NCBI GenBank assembly: GCA_964569935.1
Contig: CAZMWN010000002.1
Location: forward strand, 1-37,756
Direction: 5' to 3'
Length of the DNA: 37,756 nt
Source: an uncultured Pirellulales bacterium
Lineage (GTDB): Bacteria; Planctomycetota; Phycisphaerae; Sedimentisphaerales; Anaerobacaceae
Below the pieces are notes generated by a model. That model did not search any database. It was given only the letters and a program-made list of their open reading frames with translations, and was not told the DNA's origin. How positions within the stretch are numbered: position 1 is the first letter of the stretch; each line of letters begins with the position of its first letter. The position numbers were made by a program, and so were the translations under genes. Shown here one piece after another: positions 27,566 to 33,324 of the stretch.

Positions 27566-27593
27566 ATTATATTTATGATTTAGATAAAATCAA
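27566..27593 (-). promoter_or_regulatory. leftward sigma70-type promoter for the RHH gene
   Basis: On the minus strand: TTGATT (27593-27588), a 16-nt spacer, then TATAAT (27571-27566). Only 7 nt separate the -10 from the ATG, which implies a leaderless or near-leaderless mRNA. Confidence 0.5.
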
Positions 27594-27606
27594 GAATAAT
27601 TCTTGA
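27590..27606. promoter_or_regulatory. perfect 8-1-8 palindrome, candidate operator
   Basis: The sequence is tcaagaat-a-attcttga. It overlaps the leftward -35 and lies 20 nt upstream of the rightward -35. Confidence 0.5.
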
Positions 27607-27625
27607 AAAAATGCAAAAAATTAAT

Positions 27626-27654
27626 TTGACAAATTAAAGTTATTCCCGTAAAAT
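27626..27654 (+). promoter_or_regulatory. rightward early promoter
   Basis: TTGACA (27626-27631), a 17-nt spacer, then TAAAAT (27649-27654). Confidence 0.6.
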
Positions 27655-27687
27655 ACCGATATTGTGAAATAGAAAGGAATCATGTAT

Positions 27688-27798
27688 GGTACGAACAGCA
27701 AATAAAACTTTCGGTGGCACTTCGCAGGCTATCTCGGCCCGTTCGCCCAAAAGACTGTTCGTACCAGAACCATTCTCAAAGCAGCGGGCCGTTTTTTT
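27688..27798 (+). promoter_or_regulatory. structured 5' leader (attenuator, riboregulator or small RNA)
   Basis: An 11-bp perfect inverted repeat: ggtacgaacag (27688-27698) and ctgttcgtacc (27755-27765). A second helix pairs cggcccg (27735-27741) with cgggccg (27785-27791) and is followed by T7 (27792-27798). The element sits between the promoter and the RBS of the 27811 gene. Confidence 0.45.
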
Positions 27799-27810
27799 AT
27801 AAGGTGATAA

Positions 27811-28683
27811 ATGAAAATTGCGTATATTAAAAAACGGTTTCATAGTGGTTCATTAGAAATAATTGACCACGCAAACGATATAATTGAGGAATATCAACAA
27901 GAAGATTACGACCTGACTTTGCGTCAATTGTATTATCAGTTTGTAGCACGGGATATAATTCAAAATAAGCAATCGGAATATAATAGGCTCGGTTCGATTA
28001 TAAATGATGCAAGGCTTGCAGGTTTAATAGATTGGGATAGTATAATTGACAGAACGAGAGAGTATGAGTCTTTGTCTCACTGGAACAGCCCGGCAGATAT
28101 TCTCAAATCAGCAGCAAAAAGTTATAATGTTAACACAAGGATAAACCAAAATTATTACATAGAAGTTTGGGTTGAAAAGGACGCTTTAGTTGGTGTTATT
28201 GAACAAGCATGTGACCCATTGGATGTGGGCTACTTATCTTGTCGTGGATATGTTTCTCAATCTGAAATGTGGCGTTCTGCACAAAGATTTAATCGTGCTA
28301 AGAATTGGCATAACTGTATTTTGTTACATTTTGGTGACCATGACCCTTCGGGCATAGACATGACCCGTGATATTGAAGATAGATTGAATCTCTTTGATGC
28401 TGAACTTGAAGTTTCAAGAATAGCTCTTACTATGGAACAAATAGAAGAATTCAATCCGCCACCAAATCCAGCAAAGACAACTGACAGTAGATACAATTCA
28501 TACATAAAAGCTTATGGAGAAGATTCTTGGGAATTGGATGCGCTTGACCCTCGAATCTTAACCAAACTGATTAATGAAAATGTGAATTATTATACAGAAA
28601 AGAAAAAACGAAATACTCTTATAAAAAAACAAGAACAAGAGAGAAAGCAAATATTTGAAATTGCAAATAAATTTATTCTCTAA
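27811..28683 (+). CDS. stand-alone Topo VI subunit A / Spo11-like protein (5Y-CAP + Toprim; Mini-A type)
   Basis: 290 aa with AAGGTG RBS. LTLRQLYYQFV (R38, Y41/Y42) fits the catalytic-tyrosine motif. IEVWVEKDAL (E122) and HFGDHDPSGIDM (D176, D178) fit the Toprim acidic motifs. Confidence 0.6.
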   Translation: MKIAYIKKRFHSGSLEIIDHANDIIEEYQQEDYDLTLRQLYYQFVARDIIQNKQSEYNRLGSIINDARLAGLIDWDSIIDRTREYESLSHWNSPADILKSAAKSYNVNTRINQNYYIEVWVEKDALVGVIEQACDPLDVGYLSCRGYVSQSEMWRSAQRFNRAKNWHNCILLHFGDHDPSGIDMTRDIEDRLNLFDAELEVSRIALTMEQIEEFNPPPNPAKTTDSRYNSYIKAYGEDSWELDALDPRILTKLINENVNYYTEKKKRNTLIKKQEQERKQIFEIANKFIL

Positions 28684-28711
28684 GCATCGAGCCTTTTTAT
28701 AAGGAGCTAAA

Positions 28712-28948
28712 ATGCGACTTCTTATATTTCTAATTTTGAAGATACTTGAGATAGCGGTGATTTTATCTGTCTTTTATGGATTAGGATTTCTCAAGAAGAA
28801 AATCAAAAAACAGCCGACCTGTGATAAAGAGGACGTAATTTTGGAAGGTGCTGTGATTGTGATAGCTATTTATGTAGTTTTTAGTGCCATTTGTGGAGCT
28901 TATTGGTTATGGTGTTCAAACTGGCAGTTGGCGGGGAGATTGACATGA
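28712..28948 (+). CDS. small two-TM membrane protein
   Basis: 78 aa with AAGGAG RBS and two hydrophobic segments. Confidence 0.55.
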   Translation: MRLLIFLILKILEIAVILSVFYGLGFLKKKIKKQPTCDKEDVILEGAVIVIAIYVVFSAICGAYWLWCSNWQLAGRLT

Positions 28949-29358
28949 ATCTAATCGAAAAACTCAAAGATATAAATTATGTTCGTGCTTACGGATTAAT
29001 GAAACCAGAAGAACAGGAATTTTATAATAAAGTCGGAGTAAGTAATTGTTTAACATATATGGGTGGAGAATGGATGTCGGCCTTTTCTATTAAGCATGAT
29101 TATACATATTGCATCAAGCCCTCATACAATCCAGAGCCGGAGTACATAGACTATGAGATAAAACTGATTTTCTTTGTAGGAAAGAATCAAAATTTATTAG
29201 GCATAGAAATCAACCATAATAAATGGCCTTTATACAAAATTCCGAGCATGCCGAACTTCGAGGGTTTTATAAGAGAAATGAGCGTTCCTTTGGGAGTGGA
29301 ACAGGTTTCAAAGGCAATAAGAGAAGAACACAAAGTTTACGCAAGGATCAGAGTATGA
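28945..29358 (+). CDS. hypothetical protein
   Basis: 137 aa from ATG 28945 (ATGA overlap with the previous stop). The track ORF begins further upstream, at 28891. Confidence 0.55.
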   Translation: MNLIEKLKDINYVRAYGLMKPEEQEFYNKVGVSNCLTYMGGEWMSAFSIKHDYTYCIKPSYNPEPEYIDYEIKLIFFVGKNQNLLGIEINHNKWPLYKIPSMPNFEGFIREMSVPLGVEQVSKAIREEHKVYARIRV

Positions 29359-29678
29359 CTCCTGAGATCCAAAACTTATTATCCGTCTTAGACATGACAG
29401 AAATGGAACAATTTCAATATATACATAAATTATATCCTATTACACACGAAATATGTAGTTCCGTTGAAAGAAGGAAACGTGCTCTTGCCGACCTCGCTTT
29501 CCGTAGCAGGGATGAAGCAGTAAAAAAAGATATTACCAAATACATAGATGCTGAAAACATGGTAAAGAGTTACGTGCTATTACAAACGAGAAAAGAACTT
29601 ATTTGGAATTACCATTCAAAGCCCATCCACTGGATCATATGTTCTCTTATCGCCATGATATTGGCAGGGAAAAAGTAA
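29355..29678 (+). CDS. hypothetical protein with C-terminal TM segment
   Basis: 107 aa from ATG 29355 (ATGA overlap). C-terminus is IHWIICSLIAMILAGKK. Confidence 0.5.
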   Translation: MTPEIQNLLSVLDMTEMEQFQYIHKLYPITHEICSSVERRKRALADLAFRSRDEAVKKDITKYIDAENMVKSYVLLQTRKELIWNYHSKPIHWIICSLIAMILAGKK

Positions 29679-29679
29679 A

Positions 29680-30000
29680 ATGGACAATACACTAAATATT
29701 CTTCCAGGTCAAGATGAAATAAGAACAATAACTCAAAAGCGTTTACGTAGAAAATGTGAATTTTGTGGAGAAGAAGCACATTACAAGCATACTTGGTTAC
29801 TAAAAGGTACACGTTCTAATCCAGCGAGCAAAGCCTATAGAAGGGATGATTGTTCTTGGTGTGAAGATAGTTGTACTTTCACGTGCCGAAAATGTAAAAA
29901 TAAAGCGAGGCCACCGGAAGGTTATGTTGATTGTAGTATATTTCCTGCTTCGGAAACATTTTCTCACATTTTTTTATTTTGGGTAACAATTGAAAAATAA
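29680..30000 (+). CDS. Cys-rich (zinc-binding?) protein
   Basis: 106 aa with several Cys pairs (CEFC, CSWCEDSC, CRKC). Confidence 0.5.
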   Translation: MDNTLNILPGQDEIRTITQKRLRRKCEFCGEEAHYKHTWLLKGTRSNPASKAYRRDDCSWCEDSCTFTCRKCKNKARPPEGYVDCSIFPASETFSHIFLFWVTIEK

Positions 30001-30034
30001 ATAAATAGCTCTCATACAAGTAAATAGAGAAAAA

Positions 30035-30918
30035 CCGAAGTCCTGTGTCGGCGTGGTAGCGTCGGGTTGGGTTGATACGCAAACAGGAACCCATAGGAAC
30101 CTTGAACTACTAATAAAGAGGATTCCGTTCCAGATGTTTATGGTGGCGCAGGGTGGGGAATCCTGCACACAGGGCTTCGGTTTGTCGAAGTCGTGGCAGC
30201 GGGACGGCTATGTGCAATGGAGAAAATGCCCGCAAGGGAACTCATTATGAACCTGAGCAGACAGAGGTCAGGGAGAGTTACACGGAGGGGCACACATGCA
30301 AAGAGCGCAAAGCTTTGCCGCTGCCCACTTCTTCGGCAAATTATAGGGCAGGGCAAGCACATAAACTGTTAATCGAGTCCATTGATTTCAACTCTACCTA
30401 CGCCCTGCCTTTTAGAAAAAAAGTCGGCAATGGCGTGTATGTGGAAATGGCGAACCAGTTCAGAATGTAACCTAAAACAGTACACGGCTCAGAATTGCTT
30501 GATTGTCGGTCGAAAGCGGCCTGAGATAATAGCCGGATAAAACTTAGGCGTCCAGCAGGGACAACAATAACGCACGGCGACACATTACAACCTGTTGAAG
30601 GGTCAATTCTATTGCCGACTTTCTGAAATATGCCAGCGGCTGACAAGTTTGTCCCAAACTCTCCGTCCTATTTTATATGTGGCCACGACAAGTTGTGGCT
30701 TGCACTCAGACACGGATCAGTTACAAGCTGGCTGGCTTTTTATAGACCTGCAGCAATATAGGCAGATACAGAAACCAGCAGAAATGCGGACACCGGAAAC
30801 GCTTATGCTTGCAGGTCTTTTATAGAAGACATCACCCTCTCCTCCTTTGAGAGGCCAGGCGTAATGCTTGGCTGGCGACTGTGGCCATGGATGGTCAATT
30901 GGCCACTTTCGCTTTTTT
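30035..30918 (+). ncRNA. candidate giant structured ncRNA (GOLLD/ROOL-like class or novel); boundaries approximate
   Basis: About 0.9 kb with no credible ORF, only short overlapping ORFs on both strands and no RBS. It looks G+C-richer than the flanks by eye. It has many hairpins and long-range complementarities, including a perfect 12-mer pair (30420-30431 with 30611-30622). It ends in a terminator-like hairpin and a tRNA-like element follows 14 nt later. Confidence 0.55.
30881..30918 (+). terminator. terminator-like hairpin at the 3' end of the ncRNA candidate
   Basis: gtggcca (30881-30887) pairs with tggccac (30900-30906) around a 12-nt loop. The T-rich tail tttcgctttttt follows. Confidence 0.55.
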
Positions 30919-30932
30919 GAAAAGTTAATATT

Positions 30933-31054
30933 CCGGGTATAGCTCAGTCAGGTAGAGCACCGACCTCGCGGTCGGAGGGCGTGGCCGTAACCAATCGGGA
31001 CATAGTCAATAGCTTAAGATGTTGTCTATGGAGGTTCGAATCCCACTGCCCGGC
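30933..31054 (+). tRNA. tRNA-like element: cloverleaf interrupted by a 49-nt insert in the T stem, 6-nt anticodon loop (possibly pseudo or a processing handle)
   Basis: Acceptor stem ccgggta/tgcccgg. D arm gctc-agtcaggta-gagc. Anticodon arm ccgac-ctcgcg-gtcgg. Variable loop agggc. The T arm gtgg[49 nt]g-ttcgaat-cccac is perfect only if 30985-31033 is removed. No CCA is encoded. Confidence 0.45.
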
Positions 31055-31069
31055 TTTGAAAGGAATAAC

Positions 31070-31306
31070 ATGACAAGAGTAAAGATAAAAAAAGATTCAG
31101 AAAATCCTGAAAGTGTTGAATTATTAGCAAAGAGTGTGATTCAAGTTGCGGAAGGATTTGAAAAGTTAAAAGATGTAAAATTAACAAATAGAGCAATAGC
31201 AGTTCTTCTTCAAGACGGTATAGGTTCTACAAAAATAACAAAAAAACAAATATATCTTGTTCTTGATGCTTTGCCACAATTAAAAGCATGGTATATAAAA
31301 AAATAA
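31070..31306 (+). CDS. hypothetical protein
   Basis: 78 aa from ATG 31070, with AAAGGA upstream. The track ORF start at 31019 would overlap the tRNA-like element. Confidence 0.55.
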   Translation: MTRVKIKKDSENPESVELLAKSVIQVAEGFEKLKDVKLTNRAIAVLLQDGIGSTKITKKQIYLVLDALPQLKAWYIKK

Positions 31307-31315
31307 AAGAACATG

Positions 31316-31418
31316 CTGAGGACAAACTGAAAGGATTCTGCGGAAAGAACTAAAAATTTATTATGGGAATTACCAGGTGTTATCCTTGAATTTTAACCAC
31401 GGACGGCCTCAGTTTTTT
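31316..31418 (+). terminator. structured element closed by ctgagg/cctcag and followed by T6 (terminator or small RNA)
   Basis: 31316-31321 pairs with 31407-31412. An inner helix pairs aaggat with atcctt. The T-run is at 31413-31418. The element lies in a 185-nt gap between ORFs. Confidence 0.3.
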
Positions 31419-31492
31419 GGAGATATTATGAAATATTATTACTTAATCCGTTTTGCAATTATCGAGTGGCTTGAAGAAAGAGAAAGACGGGA

Positions 31493-31675
31493 ATGAGCTA
31501 CATTTGCGTAGAATGTGAAGAAATAGCAGAGGAAACAGACATCGGAAATCCGATACCGAGGGAATGTCCATTTGGTGGTAACTGTAGGTATATAAAGATG
31601 GAAGAATTTCAAGAGAACAAAAGAAAGAGAGACCGAGACGACCATTTGGAAGATATGAGGTTATTCAATGGATAA
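31493..31675 (+). CDS. small Cys-containing protein
   Basis: 60 aa with the pattern CVEC...CPFGGNC and an acidic/basic tail. Confidence 0.45.
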   Translation: MSYICVECEEIAEETDIGNPIPRECPFGGNCRYIKMEEFQENKRKRDRDDHLEDMRLFNG

Positions 31676-32000
31676 TAAACATTCATGTGGACAATGTAAG
31701 CATTATATTAGTTTTCAAAATGATTCCAAATGTCCCTATACAAACCGAACAGCTTTAGATGAGGCTTGTGAATTATTTGAATATACAAATCCCGAACAAA
31801 GAATAGATTATCTTCAAGAGCAAAATGCTCAACTTCAAGCAGAGAATGAAAAATTAAAAGAAGATAATGCTAAATTATTAAAAGCAAAGCTAACAATCAA
31901 AGATGTCATTGTGAGTTATGGTAATGAATCAGAAATATTGAAGATATTATATATAGACAAAACACTAAATGGTTTAAGAATATGCGTTAGCAAGGAGTAA
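31668..32000 (+). CDS. hypothetical protein (CxxC plus coiled coil)
   Basis: 110 aa with CGQC and the segment LQEQNAQLQAENEKLKEDNAKLLKAK. Confidence 0.55.
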   Translation: MDNKHSCGQCKHYISFQNDSKCPYTNRTALDEACELFEYTNPEQRIDYLQEQNAQLQAENEKLKEDNAKLLKAKLTIKDVIVSYGNESEILKILYIDKTLNGLRICVSKE

Positions 32001-32002
32001 TC

Positions 32003-32137
32003 ATGCCAAAAGGCGAAGTAACAATCAGAATAAAGATAGCAGATTATGAATTAGAAGTAACCGGCCCCAAAAAATGGGCAAAAGAACAAATTAAGAAATT
32101 CACAGACGAAATAAAAAAGCAGAATAAGGAATCATAA
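32003..32137 (+). CDS. small hypothetical protein
   Basis: 44 aa read by hand (MPKGEVTIRIKIADYELEVTGPKKWAKEQIKKFTDEIKKQNKES). AAGGAG lies at 31992-31997. Confidence 0.45.
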   Translation: MPKGEVTIRIKIADYELEVTGPKKWAKEQIKKFTDEIKKQNKES

Positions 32138-32139
32138 TC

Positions 32140-32412
32140 ATGCCGAAAGACAAATGGACATATAAATGGACAGATGAAAATAGTTCATATTATATAACAT
32201 CACAAAAAGAATTTATTTGTGGAGACATTGCTACAGAAGCCAAAGCAAAGAGTATCTGCCACTGCGTGAACAACTTCGATGATATGGTCAAATTATGTGA
32301 AGCTTCTTTTCATGCTTTACGTTCTTATCAATTTGGGAACTGTAAAATTGATTTAGCAAAAGAGGTTGCTGATAAGATTGAATCAGCTCTTCAAAAAGCC
32401 AAAGGTGAATAA
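32140..32412 (+). CDS. hypothetical protein
   Basis: 90 aa with AAGGA RBS. Confidence 0.55.
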   Translation: MPKDKWTYKWTDENSSYYITSQKEFICGDIATEAKAKSICHCVNNFDDMVKLCEASFHALRSYQFGNCKIDLAKEVADKIESALQKAKGE

Positions 32413-32413
32413 A

Positions 32414-32593
32414 ATGGAAAAACAAATAATCAAATCAATCAAAAAATTCTGTGATGAAATGATTAAAACAACTTCAAAGAAAAACTCCGATTATGCTCAA
32501 GGATATAAAGCTGGTATAGTTGCGATAAAATCACTTGTTGAATTTGGAGAAGAAGTATCAAATGCTAACATGGAATCTCTTAAGGCAATGTAG
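32414..32593 (+). CDS. hypothetical small protein
   Basis: 59 aa from ATG 32414, directly after the previous stop. The track ORF begins upstream at 32366. Confidence 0.5.
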   Translation: MEKQIIKSIKKFCDEMIKTTSKKNSDYAQGYKAGIVAIKSLVEFGEEVSNANMESLKAM

Positions 32594-32720
32594 GAAGGCT
32601 CTTAGATATCGAGTAATGACATGCAAATCGGCTGCTTGTACTGAAAAGCATCCATGTAAGGCTTGCCGTTCTGACATGAGATTAATCAAGCAAACAGTGG
32701 AGCAGGAAAATGAATCCTGA
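32535..32720 (+). CDS. small Cys-rich ORF, start uncertain (32562 or 32616 are alternatives)
   Basis: At most 61 aa, containing CKSAACTEKHPCKAC. It overlaps both neighbouring genes. Confidence 0.35.
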   Translation: MLNLEKKYQMLTWNLLRQCRKALRYRVMTCKSAACTEKHPCKACRSDMRLIKQTVEQENES

Positions 32721-33312
32721 ATATATATATTGTGAGCAACTTAGTGAAGAATGGTATCAAACAAGATTAGGTTTGGTAACTGCAAGCCATTTTTCAGAGG
32801 TTCTAAATAGAGGTTCCGGACGTAAAACATATATGATGAGACTTCTGGCCGAGAGAATGACAGGTCAAACTCATCCGGCTTTTAGTAATCAATATATGGA
32901 AAATGGAATTGAGACCGAGCCATTCGCAAGAGAATACTATGAGGGCTTGAAGAAAAATAAAGTCGAATGTATTGGCTTTATAAGAATGGGAGAAATGGGA
33001 TGTTCACCTGATGGTTTGGTTGGCGACGAAGGTATGATAGAGATTAAATGCCCTCTTCCCTCTACTCACCTTGAATATATCTTGAGAGATAAAATGCCGA
33101 CAGTTTACATACCACAAGTTCAGGGCAATCTTATGGTATCTGGTAGGAAATGGTGCGACTTTATATCCTTCGATTCTAAAGTCACAAAAAGGCCTTTCTG
33201 GTCTATACGAATTGTACGTGATGAAAGCTACATCAGAACACTAAAAGAAGCAATAGAGCAATTTTTATATGAATTAAAATCTTTAGAACAAAAAATCGAA
33301 GTCCCATTTTAG
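32710..33312 (+). CDS. YqaJ-type (lambda-exonuclease-like, PD-(D/E)XK) recombination exonuclease
   Basis: 200 aa. Motifs seen: EEWYQTRLGLVTASHFSEVL, GCSPDG, IEIKCP and IPQVQGN. Confidence 0.7.
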   Translation: MNPEYIYCEQLSEEWYQTRLGLVTASHFSEVLNRGSGRKTYMMRLLAERMTGQTHPAFSNQYMENGIETEPFAREYYEGLKKNKVECIGFIRMGEMGCSPDGLVGDEGMIEIKCPLPSTHLEYILRDKMPTVYIPQVQGNLMVSGRKWCDFISFDSKVTKRPFWSIRIVRDESYIRTLKEAIEQFLYELKSLEQKIEVPF

Positions 33313-33324
33313 AAGGGAGATATT

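Noticed and set aside
26984-28948. Calling a lysis cassette (holin, spanin, endolysin)
   Set aside because: Small membrane proteins are present (26984, 28712), but no muramidase, amidase or peptidase motif is recognisable anywhere in the window.
30053-30825. Six short ORFs (61-105 aa) on both strands inside the 30.0-30.9 kb segment
   Set aside because: They overlap one another in different frames and on both strands, and they lack RBSs. Their translations have non-protein-like compositions rich in Cys, Arg and Pro. I interpret them as shadow ORFs of a G+C-richer non-coding region.
30035-30918. The large RNA as a CsrB-like sponge for the phage CsrA homologue
   Set aside because: I counted about 16 GGA triplets in roughly 880 nt. 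That is close to the random expectation of about 14, and they are not concentrated in hairpin loops.
30035-31054. A group I or II intron, a tmRNA, RNase P RNA or an rRNA fragment
   Set aside because: There are no split exon halves flanking the segment, because the tRNA-like 5' and 3' halves are both downstream of it. I saw no group II 5' GUGYG or domain V-like hairpin and no intron ORF. A few 10-20 nt resemblances to 16S words (gtggggaat, tgccagcgg, cctccttt) are not collinear. None of these can be fully excluded without covariance-model searches.
30933-31054. The tRNA-like element as an attP/att junction of an integrating prophage
   Set aside because: No integrase or recombinase is in the window, and phage early genes lie on both sides.
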